Source: Lytechinus pictus
Taxonomy: Eukaryota
Reading direction: 5' to 3'
Assembly: GCF_037042905.1 (NCBI RefSeq)
Contig: NC_087251.1
Span: forward strand, 6,636,001-6,700,000
Length of the DNA: 64,000 nt
In this document: positions 40,801 through 50,934 of the stretch, one piece after another
Layout of the letters: every line of letters begins with the position of its first letter
Position numbering within the stretch: position 1 is the first letter of the stretch
The notes under the pieces: generated by a model
The model's database searches: none
Told to the model about the DNA's origin: nothing
The model's input: the letters and a program-made list of their open reading frames with translations, nothing else
Program-made: the position numbers and the translations under genes

Positions 40801-43800
40801 TCTTAACCAAGGTTAAAGGTCAAGTCCACCCCAGCAAAATGTTGATTTAAATAAATAGAGAAAAATCAAATGAGCATAACACTGGAAATTTCATCAAAAT
40901 CGGATGTAAAATAAGAAAGTTATGGCATTTTAAAGTTTTGCTTATTTTTCACAAAACAGTGATATGCACAACTCAGTGACATGCAAATGAGTCAGTCGAT
41001 GATGTCCATCACTCAATATATATTTTTTTTTTTATTATTTGAATTATACAATATTTCATTTTTTACAGATTTGACCATAGGGACCGACTTGACTGAATTA
41101 TATAGTATTAAACAATGCTAATTCCATATGTTGAGGGAGGAATTAATCACTGTTTCACTTGACAATGAGGAGAAACTAAGAATATTTAATATTTCATGTA
41201 ATAAAATACAAAAGAAAAAATGAGTGGATGACGTCATCAGTCTCCTCATTTGCATATCAACTAGTATGTGCATATAACTGTTTTGTGAATTTAAGGGAAA
41301 CTTTAAAATGTCATAACTTTCTTATTTTACATCCGATTTTGACGAAATTTTCAGTGTTATGCTTGTTCGATTTTTATTTTTTAATTCAAATCAATTTTTT
41401 GTTGGGGTGGACTTGTCCTTTAAGTTTTTGAAATTTCATCATAACTTAAAAGTATATGGACTTAGTTCATGAAACTTGGAGATAAGGGTAATATTGTATT
41501 ACTGAAGATCTTGCCTGAGTTTCAGGTCATATGACCAAGGTCAAAGGTCACTTTAGGTCAACGAACTTTGACCATGTTGAGGGTATTTGTGTAATTGTAA
41601 TTGTAACTTTGAAATTTTATGGATCTAGTTCTTGAAACTGAGACATAAGAGCAATTAAGTATTCCTGAACAACCTGTGCGAGTTTCAGGTCACATGACCA
41701 AGGTTAAAGGTCATTTAGGGTCAACAAACTTCGATAATGTTGGGGGTATTTGTGGAATTGTCATCATAACTTAAAAATTTTATGGATCTATTTCATGAAA
41801 CTTGGACATAGGAGTAACCATGTATTAAGCCTGAGTCATATCGATTATTATGAAAACCGTTGTTCGACAGCTTTAATTCGATCGAACATCGATGCATCAA
41901 ATTTTGAAGGCGCGGTGGGGAGAATCAAGTCAATTCTTTTTTGCTCCGGCAGTCGCGTCGATGCGCTATGCACGCATTGCATGCACTGGCCGGGTGAGTG
42001 TTGCACAAGCAGATGACAGAGCAAAGTTCGTTTGTATTTTCCATGATCACAAAACAAAAAAAGCCGGGGACCAATGCAGAATTCTTCCAAAAATATCATC
42101 AACAATATTTGCAGATGACAACATCTAAGTTTAAAATGAAACAATATCAAAGACATGAATCACGCAGAGTCGATCCGAACGATTTTCGGTCAACTAGCAT
42201 TCGCGGTCCAGACTCGCACACACCAGCCCCGCCCACAGCCCCGTACACTCACTCTCCCGAAACGACAGGCGTGCTTGATGCCAGCGCCAGCAAACAAGTG
42301 CAACCAGCGGGAGCACTGTAACTTGCCTGAGATTGTGTAGTTGGATCCAAAATGAGCTCCAAATTGATGGGAATAAATACATGTACGTAATTTTCTCTGG
42401 ATGGTCATTTGAATTGGTATTCAATGCTGATATAACAATTGTGAGGAAAGATTGTGGAATATGAGTTATGACGATGTTCGAGAATTAATCCTGGTATGAT
42501 AATCCACTTTTTTATATTTTAAACACAAGACAAGAGCATGCGATCAAAATAAATATGAATGTAGTTCATGAAACATAAACATTAGTGTTTTGAAGTATGT
42601 TTTGCACATGTCTTAGGTCACATGATTGTCAAAGGTCATGTTGGGTCAATGGACATAGTATTTTATTATCATATGAGTGTTTTCTTTTGTGAATAATTAT
42701 TCAATAGCTGTTTTCAAAGTCAGCACTGTTGCTATATTGAATCGCGCAATGCAGGCGAGACTGCCATAGGCATTCCACTTGTTTACATGTCACGTTCCAT
42801 TTTGAAAAACAAACTTCCATTGCATTTTGCAGTCTTTCATTTTCATCATGCCATTTCTTTACAAGCCTAAAGAGTAATTAAGGCAGTTGAGTGACTTAAT
42901 CCAAAGAAATCCAGTTATTGTTAATCTTTTTTTATTCCTTTTTTATAGACTTATTAATTTTTTAAAGGGAGACAAAAAATTAATGCTAAAAAAGTAATTC
43001 TTTTTTTTAATGTGTGTTCAGTTTCTGACACCTTTTGCACTAGATTGCACATATCACCTCTTCAAATTTTATGTTTCAGCTTTCATGGTTATTTGAATAT
43101 TTCAAACTTGGAAGAAACGTAAATGTGACATATGGTATTTTTGTAACAGTTCTTGAATTTCCATGGGATATTCTGTTAAATTCACTTAGATACTTTTCAC
43201 TAAAATTTAACTTAACTTCTTTGCTGTGTTCTGTTAATTTAATATTCCATTTGTGCAATCCCTTCAAATCTTAATTATCAAACTCTTAGTTTAAATTAAA
43301 AGTCTTTTAAGCGCCTGAATGTACTTAATAAGGCGGGGGGATGAGTTGAAATTAATTTGGCTGAAAAAGAAATTGAATATCATTAATTTTTAATATAACT
43401 CATTTTTGTATTTTTTAAATAAAATACAGTCCTTGACTATGATATAAGTAATTTGTATCTCTAAAAAGAAAGATAACATTTATTCAACAAAGATTAAAAA
43501 GCATTATAGCATTGAATTGATTTGTGAAAAATAAGCAATAAAAAGGTATATCATCAATCAGATTTAATCAGATTAAACAAGACCTAGTTAAGTTACAGTA
43601 ACCAAGGTTGGGTTTCAAGTTAAGCAAGATTTTATTTACATCAAATTAAATCTCTTTCTTAAAATCTTTAGGCAGCTCAAGTAAATTCCGTTCAATGATG
43701 TCTGCAAACAAGCAACCAAGACTTCAGATTAAATTCATCACACCAACCAAAGAACAGAAGCCTCTATTAGAGTGAGTTCAGTAACATATTATTTTTATTC

Positions 43801-46800
43801 TTCTCTTTGTTCATTTGAAGGTATGCAGGAATATTTTTCTATTTTATTTTATTTTAATGGAAGATTGTAGCTGTGTTGTAATATTCAGTCAGCTTTGTGA
43901 AATTTGTGAAACATAAATTTTTAAGTAGCAGGATATGATCAAGGAACTCTTGTGAATCTATTGTAGTTGAAACTAAGTGATTTAAATCCTTTTGGGTGTC
44001 AACTCAAGAATGTGTAACCATTATCATTCTTATTTTTTTGCTATATTTTTTAAAGATGTTAACCCTGAAAGTGCCGGGTTATTAAAGGAGAATGAAACCC
44101 TTGAAACCAGCTGAATCCATATCAAAGAGAAAAATCAAAGAAACATATTGTTGAAAGTTTGAGGAAGATTGAATGAATAATAAGAAAGTTATGAGCATTC
44201 GAATATTGAGATCACTAGTGCCATGTAGATCCTCCCAACGGCAATGTGACCAAGATCTGTGATATCACACACGTACAACTCCCTCATTACTTTAGTACTT
44301 ATTTCACTTATATTCTCACTTTTATAGAGTCTCTATCACAAGGTGAGGTGTTCTCTTTATGAGATGACAAGTACAGAGGTTTCACAACATTATATCATTG
44401 ATGAATCGTTTGTCATATGATTAGAATGAGCAAAAAGAGATGTTTTGGGGTATATTTTCGGTGTCCAAATGGGATAGTTGTACGTGTGTGACATCACAGA
44501 TCTTGGTCGCATTGCCAATGGGAGGATCTCCATAGCATTAGTGATCTCGACATTCAAATGCTCATAACTCTTTTATTGCTAGTCCTATTTTACTCAAAGT
44601 TTTGTTGATCTTATTCTTTGATTTTTCTGCTTTCACAAAAGCTAACTTGCTCCAAGAGTTTCATTCTCCTTTAAGACCCATCTCACAGCCGAGGAAGGCG
44701 GATTCCGCCCCCCCTGAGATCTTGGCCTTTGATCGCGCGAGTGCTGCAAAAATTTGCATGGTGGTAGTGTGCAATAAAATCTACAAGGCTATATGGTTAA
44801 TTTTTTTGAAATAATAAGATTTTTAATTTCATGAATTAATTATGCTAATTTATGCATGAAATAAAACATTTGCTCTAATCAACTATCATACCGCCCCAAA
44901 ACTGCTAATTTTTTATTCACAGACTTTGTAGGATCCCGGTCAAATGTAATTTTTAAAAAATTTGGTATCGCAAATTTTTTCTTATGTGTTTTATTGTGTT
45001 TTTTTATTTCTTATGTATTTCTTTGTTTTTTTACTGTTTATTGTTTTTTCGAAGGAAATTGTTGCAGACTTAACTCTGATCATAAACAAGACAAATTTAA
45101 TTAAGTTTAATCAGTAAAAGTTGAAATAATGATACATTTATGAATTTTGGCTAAATACACAATTTGCATTGGATTTGTACACGAATTCACGTTTTTGAGC
45201 AGTTTTGGGGTCTGACATGCACTTAAATAATGTTGCGTAATTTGTAACCACGTACCCGGGCATCGCAAATTTGGTCTCAAAAGTTGTGCGAGATTTGAAA
45301 GCAAAGTCAGTGAGTGGCGCGGTTGAAAATTTTCGCGCGGCGGATTTATCGCGAAAAATGACGAGGGGGCGGATTCCCCCCCCCCCCCCCCCCCCCGGGC
45401 ATTTTAGGGTTAAACTAAGGTGTTCTAAAAGATCATAATTAAAGATGAATAAATTTGATTTGTTTAAAACTCTTGTGATACTTCATTCAAATTTTTTTTA
45501 CTTGCGTTATATTACATGCAATCTAATATTCAGCATGTTATGGTTGTAATCTACCGTGTAATATGATGATAAAATGGATCTTTCGTTTACAGCATGTTAC
45601 CAGAAACGATTGTCAGCTCTCTCAGCTACCTTCCATTTCTCAGTATATTCCGTAATCTTCAAGCTGTAGAGGTCCTTCGGGATAGGATAGATCTCCAGAA
45701 TGCAGGTACAGTTCTTCATCAGAACATTGATTTTTAGTTTGTTTACCTTAATCCATCTCCTTTGAACTATTTTGTGTTATTATGGAGTCATATAAGCTCA
45801 CTGAATGCACATTACAAGCTGTATACAAAGTGATTTCAAACTGGCATATTGCATTTAATACAAATTCTCTTCTTCAGAATGAAGGTTCAGAATGAATATT
45901 AGAAGACTTACATTGAAATATTGCTTCACTGTGAACCTAAGTTTGGAGTGACTTCAATTCATAGCAGATTAGAAGACTGTTATCACTTTCACTTTTATAC
46001 CATCAAGTGGGGTTTTCTATAACTTTTGATGTCATTTATCATATAGTATTTAGAAATTGGTTTGTTTGATTTGTCATGAAATTTTTTTTATATCACTTTC
46101 TGCATCTACTATATCCAAAGTCAGGTCACAGACTTATCGTGTAGTGTTGGATGAGCTTTAAGTATCAGACTCGGGATATTTTTTCTTTATATTCAACTTT
46201 TTTTTAAATATTCAGATCTGATTCATGACCCAGTGCTGGCGAATTTTCCTGAAGCCACAAAATATCCTGACATCATGGATGCATTAAGGGTAAGTCATCA
46301 ATTTATTTATGCAAAATAATAAACAGTTCTTTTAATTACAAAATAACAAAAATAGGCATTCTTTACTCTTTCAGAAAGAATCCCTCCCTGCAAAATCCTC
46401 AGTAGCAGGACTCAATTTGAATACAGCTCCACAGATCACAAGTCTCCCCTATGACTCATTATCTGAATGAAATTTCTCCTGGAAAAATATAATGCAAAAT
46501 GATGATGAAAAAAGGAGAAAAAGAAATTAAAGAAGTGTAACATTGATATATCTTATGTTTGTAGTACTGAAATAGATCTGTGACAATTTTTTTATATTAT
46601 TGAGCAAGTTATGAATGGAGTGAAATGATGATGGCTACTTCACACATTATATATTTCACATATTCTGATATGTTTTCTGGCAGAGTTGCTGGGCAGACAA
46701 GAAACTAAAGAACAAGAAGATTGACAAGGTAAAACATTTCCTCTGATTACATCTATACCTATCACTATCTAGCTGTATTTCACTTTATTGTTTATGCATC

Positions 46801-47886
46801 CACAACAGAATATGCTGTGAGTGTCTACATGCATAGATGATTCTGAATGGAGTTTTCAAACAGCTGCATGGAATGGAGGCTATTGTAACAATATATATAT
46901 ATTACATTTTTAAACCACTATTTAGCATATCAACAGAATTAGTAAGCGATTGTGTGAGTAAACTTTAGAAATGACTTAGATATGGATGAAATAATGCCAA
47001 AAGTCTTCCTAACACAACTGAAACTAAATATGATTTTGTTTGTTGTTACAGAAGAATCCAGAGCAGATGAAGGAGCTATTCATGACAACCTTCATGGATT
47101 CAGTGTATCCTATTATGAGACTACCATCATTACCTCCTTATAAATGGGCTGATGAAGAAAGAGACATCGTAAGTAATTTGATTACTCTAAACAGAATATA
47201 CAGTGTTTTTTTGGGGGGGGTGAAATAATATATTTTCTGAATAGGAGCTGCTTTGTATATTTCTATTTGTCCCAAATTAAACCTTGCCGTATTGAACCTA
47301 ATATCAATTTGCTTTTTTTTGTTGCAATTTTCAAGGGCTATTTAGAACATTGTGAGAGTGTTCTACTCCTTATTACCCCCTGGACTCTCTTATCTGTTCT
47401 GTACATGATGTTTTAAGAAATTGATGTAGACTATATAATTTGAAAAGTTGGGATTTATGCTGTATATGCTTCTTTGTCATACATTAGATAGGAACCATCA
47501 CCACTGCCCCCTATGCCACAATCTAAATGTGTGTTAACATCCTATGAAACGTAGGTTAATTCTATACAACATATTCCAGTTGCCAATGAGGTAGAACTGG
47601 TACTGTTTTGAATCATCGAGTAACTCTCCTGATGTTCGAGGTATGTATTCTGTATTTTTTGTAATATAATACATTTTTAAACTAAGTTCATCCCAATATA
47701 TTTAATTAGTTGTTTTCACTCTTTTTAAACTTGCAGGAGAGATGGCAGGTGATCTCAGAGTTTCTTCAGTCAAACAAACAGAAAGGGATCCTTGCCTCCT
47801 TCTTGGCTCCTGGTGGAGAACATAGTCCTTTTGACATGACAGAGGTAGCCTTCAATCTATTTGACTCCTTTCAAGAACTCAAGTGA
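3847..47886 (+). CDS. NPHP1: Nephrocystin-1 orthologue, whole gene span; 28 coding exons, 3246 nt CDS, about 1081 aa
   Basis: Exons assembled by hand, all GT-AG with compatible phases. Translation has motifs I recall from vertebrate NPHP1: [96 protein letters not shown], plus an SH3 domain. Confidence 0.95.
4684..4919. mobile_element. Degenerate MITE of the CAGTGGCGTA...TACGCCACTG type
   Basis: Ends cactaacgtacctaagg ... cctgggtaggccacag; internal tgacgagtcacaact repeats and a poly-T tract. Confidence 0.55.
8219..8297. mobile_element. Fragment of the CCCGGGGG-terminus MITE family
   Basis: atgcgcgaccatggggtctcgaaaagcacccta...attctgaaaatgcaccccttaa matches about 61178-61250. Confidence 0.8.
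10451..15945. mobile_element. piggyBac-like non-autonomous element, 5.5 kb, no transposase visible
   Basis: TTAA|CCCTTTGCGTGCG ... CGCACGCAAAGGG|TTAA; perfect 13-bp TIR with CCC/GGG termini. Confidence 0.85.
10980..15375. repeat. Diverged internal direct duplication, period about 2.6 kb (about 10980-12885 vs about 13580-15375)
   Basis: tttcacaaccgaaaacaaaagtaataaataaa at 11461 and 14082; accagggtaagcgccccaa and cacattcagctcaaccc are also paired. Confidence 0.85.
17873..18662. mobile_element. Harbinger-like palindromic MITE split by the family A insertion
   Basis: Flanks ataaagctgttggtaagttaa and ttaagagtgactttaagaacgactggtgatcc match the intact copy at 54714-54884. Confidence 0.8.
17894..18505. 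mobile_element. TTAA MITE family A (Kolobok-like), inserted in a Harbinger-like MITE
   Basis: TTAA|AGGACAAGTCCACC ... GGTGGACTTGACCT|TTAA; further copies at 40817, 50935 and about 61789. Confidence 0.9.
18837..18925 (+). CDS. NPHP1: NPHP1 exon 2 ([30 protein letters not shown])
   Basis: tag acceptor, CG|gtagg donor, phase 0 to 2; coiled-coil region. Confidence 0.85.
19270..19330 (+). CDS. NPHP1: NPHP1 exon 3 ([20 protein letters not shown])
   Basis: cag acceptor, AAG|gtaagc donor, phase 2 to 0; matches the RC..LK....LQKLSK pattern. Confidence 0.88.
19915..19989 (+). CDS. NPHP1: NPHP1 exon 4 ([25 protein letters not shown])
   Basis: aag acceptor after a pyrimidine tract, GAG|gtgaga donor, phase 0 to 0. 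Confidence 0.8.
20371..20432 (+). CDS. NPHP1: NPHP1 exon 5 ([21 protein letters not shown])
   Basis: tag acceptor, AA|gtaagt donor, phase 0 to 2, which joins exon 6 in frame. Confidence 0.8.
21525..22499 (+). CDS. NPHP1: NPHP1 exon 6, 975 nt, D/E/K-rich low-complexity region
   Basis: Corresponds to ORF 21529-22521; gtag|C AAT ATG acceptor in phase 2; AG|gttatt donor in phase 2 joins exon 7 in frame. Confidence 0.85.
25675..25721 (+). CDS. NPHP1: NPHP1 exon 7 ([15 protein letters not shown])
   Basis: acag acceptor, G|gtttgt donor, phase 2 to 1. Confidence 0.78.
26357..26474 (+). CDS. NPHP1: NPHP1 exon 8 (DKKQVRVQ followed by poly-E)
   Basis: acag acceptor, GA|gtaagt donor, phase 1 to 2. Confidence 0.85.
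27267..27477 (+). CDS. NPHP1: NPHP1 exon 9 (acidic, ends SFKPPDEG)
   Basis: ctacag acceptor, GGG|gtgagt donor, phase 2 to 0; lies within ORF 27247-27600. Confidence 0.88.
28022..28116 (+). CDS. NPHP1: NPHP1 exon 10, SH3 first half ([32 protein letters not shown])
   Basis: SH3 motif AxxDF...DLxFKxG; cag acceptor and gtaagg donor. Confidence 0.93.
28241..29830 (-). mobile_element. Non-LTR retroelement carrying only ORF1, in the intron that splits the SH3 domain
   Basis: ORF1 at 29593-28879; no ORF2 seen downstream; minus-strand AATAAA at 28274-28269 followed by two copies of GATTGCCGAT; boundaries approximate. Confidence 0.7.
28879..29593 (-). pseudogene. LINE ORF1p (coiled coil, RRM, CTD type) with one frameshift near 29150
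   Basis: Motifs [34 protein letters not shown] and WTQDG, split across ORFs 29081-29593 and 28879-29142. Confidence 0.85.
29909..29978 (+). CDS. NPHP1: NPHP1 exon 11, SH3 second half ([23 protein letters not shown])
   Basis: SH3 motif GWW...GLVPxTYL; cag acceptor and gtaag donor. Confidence 0.93.
30341..30392 (+). CDS. NPHP1: NPHP1 exon 12 ([17 protein letters not shown])
   Basis: tttttag acceptor, G|gtatgt donor, phase 0 to 1. Confidence 0.8.
30943..30970 (+). CDS. NPHP1: NPHP1 exon 13, 28 nt ([10 protein letters not shown])
   Basis: ttttacag acceptor, AG|gtatat donor; phase 1 to 2 bridges exons 12 and 14. Confidence 0.7.
32479..33454 (+). mobile_element. Helentron-associated (DINE-1/pearl-like) non-autonomous element with internal tandem repeats
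   Basis: T-rich flanks; subterminal inverted repeats GTCTCACCTGCAT / ATGCAGGTGAGAC; 5' hairpin; (GGC/GAC)n microsatellite; about 5 units of 163-192 bp containing caaggtcaaaggtca; 3' end ggcattccacttgttt. Confidence 0.82.
34538..34580 (+). CDS. NPHP1: NPHP1 exon 14 ([14 protein letters not shown])
   Basis: cag acceptor, GAG|gtatgt donor; resembles vertebrate HWSAVQKAISE. Confidence 0.85.
34928..35012 (+). CDS. NPHP1: NPHP1 exon 15 ([28 protein letters not shown])
   Basis: Contains the diagnostic [12 protein letters not shown] motif. Confidence 0.95.
35459..35626 (+). CDS. NPHP1: NPHP1 exon 16 ([11 protein letters not shown]...MPACGV)
   Basis: Open frame, tgcag acceptor, gtcagt donor, phase 1 to 1; FLxP...LxFxDLxW motif. 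Confidence 0.92.
35666..36249. mobile_element. TTAA MITE family B (Kolobok-like)
   Basis: TTAA|AGGAGAATGAAAC ... GTTTCATTCTCCT|TTAA; near-identical copy at 44086-44670. Confidence 0.92.
36953..37005 (+). CDS. NPHP1: NPHP1 exon 17 ([18 protein letters not shown])
   Basis: SRHVR motif; canonical splice sites. Confidence 0.93.
37384..37458 (+). CDS. NPHP1: NPHP1 exon 18 ([25 protein letters not shown])
   Basis: LSNIHT..ATW....PKTWxFSP motif. Confidence 0.95.
37888..37960 (+). CDS. NPHP1: NPHP1 exon 19 ([24 protein letters not shown])
   Basis: LDGDCFIRS motif; canonical splice sites. Confidence 0.95.
38277..38314 (+). CDS. NPHP1: NPHP1 exon 20 ([13 protein letters not shown])
   Basis: GxLFEL motif; tgcag acceptor and gtaagt donor. 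Confidence 0.93.
38476..38785. mobile_element. PIF/Harbinger-like MITE
   Basis: TIR ggtccatattgtgaagtcaggttta / taaacctgagttcagaatatgggcc; TAT on both flanks. Confidence 0.75.
38837..38922 (+). CDS. NPHP1: NPHP1 exon 21 ([29 protein letters not shown])
   Basis: TGExGELSCGW motif. Confidence 0.95.
39246..39322 (+). CDS. NPHP1: NPHP1 exon 22 ([25 protein letters not shown])
   Basis: [15 protein letters not shown] motif. Confidence 0.95.
40724..42784 (+). mobile_element. Second Helentron-associated element copy, carrying two nested insertions
   Basis: Same ends as 32479-33454 (gtcttgcctgcatagcagagcgagactataggcgccg ... gcaggcgagactgccataggcattccacttgttt); inserts at 40817-41419 and about 41826-42540. 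Confidence 0.82.
40817..41419. mobile_element. TTAA MITE family A copy nested in the Helentron-like element
   Basis: TTAA|AGGTCAAGTCCACCCC ... GGGGTGGACTTGTCCT|TTAA; the empty site aaggttaagtttttgaaa is present in the 32.5-kb copy. Confidence 0.9.
43672..43771 (+). CDS. NPHP1: NPHP1 exon 23 ([34 protein letters not shown])
   Basis: tttag acceptor, GA|gtgagt donor, phase 1 to 2; QPxLxxK motif. Confidence 0.9.
44063..45409. mobile_element. piggyBac-like MITE containing a family B insertion
   Basis: TTAA|CCCTGAAAGTGCCGGG ... CCCGGGCATTTTAGGG|TTAA. Confidence 0.8.
44086..44670. mobile_element. TTAA MITE family B, second copy
   Basis: Same TIRs and nearly identical body to 35666-36249. Confidence 0.92.
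45593..45705 (+). CDS. NPHP1: NPHP1 exon 24 ([37 protein letters not shown])
   Basis: LPET...DR..LQ motif; canonical splice sites. Confidence 0.92.
46216..46289 (+). CDS. NPHP1: NPHP1 exon 25 ([25 protein letters not shown])
   Basis: DLI..PxLAxFP....PDxMDALR motif. Confidence 0.95.
46684..46728 (+). CDS. NPHP1: NPHP1 exon 26 ([15 protein letters not shown])
   Basis: cag acceptor, gtaaaa donor, phase 0 to 0; SxWA motif. Confidence 0.9.
47052..47168 (+). CDS. NPHP1: NPHP1 exon 27 ([10 protein letters not shown]...[13 protein letters not shown])
   Basis: LPPxxWAxEE motif; gtaagt donor. Confidence 0.93.
47737..47886 (+). CDS. NPHP1: NPHP1 last coding exon ([11 protein letters not shown]...[21 protein letters not shown])
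   Basis: RWxVIxxFL and HxPFD motifs; TGA at 47884-47886. Confidence 0.93.
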   Translation, partial: ERWQVISEFLQSNKQKGILASFLAPGGEHSPFDMTEVAFNLFDSFQELK

Positions 47887-48240
47887 TTGTTCTCATCCAA
47901 GAGATCAATCATTGCCTTGTTCCAAGCTCAAGATAGAGAACAGTCACCCAATGAAGGTCCATTCCATTCAATCTTATGCATGCTTTTTACAAACTGAAGT
48001 GGTTGTTCTCATCCAAGGGACCAAGCCTTGCCTCACGTTTAGCTCAAGATAGAGAACAGTCACCCAATGAAGGTCCATTCCATTCAATCTTATGCATGCT
48101 TTTTACAAACTGAAGTGGTTGTTCTCATCCAAGGGACCAAGCCTTGCCTCACGTTTAGCTCAAGATGGAGATTAGTCATATTGACATAACTATGGTTCAT
48201 GGATGCCTTTAGATAACTGAAGTGATTGTTCTAATCCAAA
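47815..48240 (+). repeat. 116-bp tandem repeat, about 3 copies, overlapping the NPHP1 stop codon and 3' UTR
   Basis: agctcaagat recurs with 116-bp spacing (agat at 47931, 48047, 48163); aact(c/g)aagtg(a/g)ttgttct recurs four times. Confidence 0.88.
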
Positions 48241-50934
48241 TCCTTTCATCTTTTATGGCATAGAGTGCAAATTTTTTGACCAAACAGATATTACCTCCAA
48301 TCAATTGAAGTGATGGGCCTCATTACTATTGCCCATTGTCGTCAATCTCCTGGAGTAAACACAAGGACTATCTGTGCACTTCCATTGCCTTGGATCTTCT
48401 GGACACCTCATTCCAAGAACTGGATTGATTTGACCTCATTAGTTCCTGATAGAGGAATAGTCATGTTGATGGGATGAAAGACATAGTGGACATTTGTACA
48501 AGTTAATGACTTGAATCAAATTAGAATACCAAGAAAGAATGTTATGAACATGTAACTGAAAACCCTTATTTCTTTTATTTTGAGATCAGTACTTTGGATT
48601 TGTCTCATGGACCCTATAGTCTTTATGGACATTATTGTGGTTTAAGCTGAAGAAAAACGCATAAAGGGTGTAAAAAAGAAAGCAAAGGACCAAATAAATT
48701 CTTATCAGAGATGCGAACTTGTAAATTTATTTTATTGCCAACATTTTTCAATGTTTGTTTGTTGTTGTTGTTGTTTTTTTTTTTTTTGGGGGGGGGGGAA
48801 TTGACAAAGTACAAGTATTTCCAAATTTTCATTGAGTTTCAGATATCCGTACACTCATATTTAAGGGATTCATATCAATTGAGAGTATTCTTTGATGCTC
48901 TTTGACAGAATAAAAAAATTGAGCAATAATATCTTAAATAAACATTAAAATGTCAAAATAATACATCAGGATTTTCTTCAATGAATACTCATCTGTTTAA
49001 GGATTATAGTGGTTTTTTTCTGCTGTGGGATAAGAAAAATGGGTGTCAGCTGTGTGTAATTTGCGTTTGTAAGGGATAATTAAAGATGGATCTGTAATCT
49101 GCCATGTACTTAAAATGAGAATATGTATATATATATATTTTCACCTTGCTCTCTGCATTCTGCACTGAATTTTGTATTGTAAACTATTACACTCTGGGAA
49201 AGATGCCCAAAAAAAATGTGCTTCTAAATATTAACATGTTTTGGACCTGCTATTTAATACTGATATATGTTGGTTTTAATTAAAACAAAAATTTCAGGAA
49301 ACAAGATTATTTCAAAATCAAAGTACATGAGTATTAAAAAAAACACATTATTTACTTATTCTCTGTGACTGACTATGAGGTATTAAAATGTGTGATGAGT
49401 ATGTTCTTGTCAGCAATTTGAAGAAAATATAAATGATCTACTTTGTATTTTAGATATTTCACATTTCCAATTTAGAAATAAGGCAAAGAGTACACTTTCA
49501 TGTTTTCTAATTAATACACATACTTTTTCATTCGAATTGTATTAGATTTGTTAATATATATGCAATGTGAAGTATCCTTAGTTTGAATATTTCCCTAATG
49601 TTGATAACATTGCCCAAATTTTATTGAATATTACAGAGAATCTTAAATGGATTTAAACAACAGTGTGTTCACTGACTTCATTCCATTTTTAATTTGCTCT
49701 TTCTCAGAATTATGTATGTTATGTTTGTTATTTTTCTTTAAGTAAACAGAGAAACAATTTCAGACACAAACATCCAAGGTTTACTACTTGATTTATAGGA
49801 TTTTAATGTTGGCCTGTGTATTTTGGTTTCTATAACACTGTGTAGTTGGTTTCACCCCACTGCATATGTCTATCATGAAGACTACATGTAGAGCCTCTCT
49901 GTGGTAGGTTTGTTGTCATTTTGATTCAGCAGTATATTGATTTTTATTACCCTGTTCTCATTAATTACAGGATGAATTCCTTTGAATACACTGAGAGCTG
50001 GAAGCATCAGCTCAATATTTAGCTGTGGTAATAATTTTATAGTGCTCCTCTGAATAGATTATATCTAAATAGATGGCGCAATATAAATATTATTTATTAT
50101 CTCTCCCTCTCTCTCAATATTTTGATTTGAAATTTGATTTTGGTGATCATTTTGTTTGTGAATGAATTTAGAATGATTATGGGATGATGTGCAATATGTT
50201 CTCACAGTTGAATGAAATATAAGAGTTATTTCTACTGTACTGCCAATTACTATTTTTGTCTTTTTTACATACCACCAATTGTTGAAGTGATGAAATTTGT
50301 GACCAAATAAGAAATGGTCAGCAAAGAAACTTTAGAAAATTTCGTCAACAAATTTGATCAGAAGCACAACACCTTGAAAGTTTATTGACCAAAGTCATGA
50401 AAACATAACCTTGATTCTGAATTGTTGCAATCCAAAGATTGTAAACCTGTAATTTTTGTGATGCTATTTGATGACCTAATTGAAATAGGGATATCTAGTA
50501 AATTAACAATAAAATTTTTGCTGAAACTGTAATGGAATTTACTTGTGTAATGTTATTCATTATTATTTGTTTGTCAAATAGTATAGATATATTATAGGGT
50601 GCAAAGTCATTTACAAGAAGGGAGGGGGCCTTCTTGCTCCCTCCTTTTAGAAATTATAAAACCTACCTTATGGTGCAAAAATTCATATAAATATGCAACA
50701 GATTTCCAGTTTCAAAATGAAAAATAAATGCCCTCGGGGCCAGCTTGGTAACTTCTCTTAAGATATTTTACATACACTTGCCCCCCCCCTTTCCTCCCTC
50801 CCCCCAAAAAAAAATATCTTATAAATGGCTGCTAGAGGGCGGAATAAGATAAAAGGGAATGTCAGAAATTAAAACTTCTTGATAACAGTCATAACAATAA
50901 ATGAAATGCTTTACATACATTAGGTGTTCTTTAA

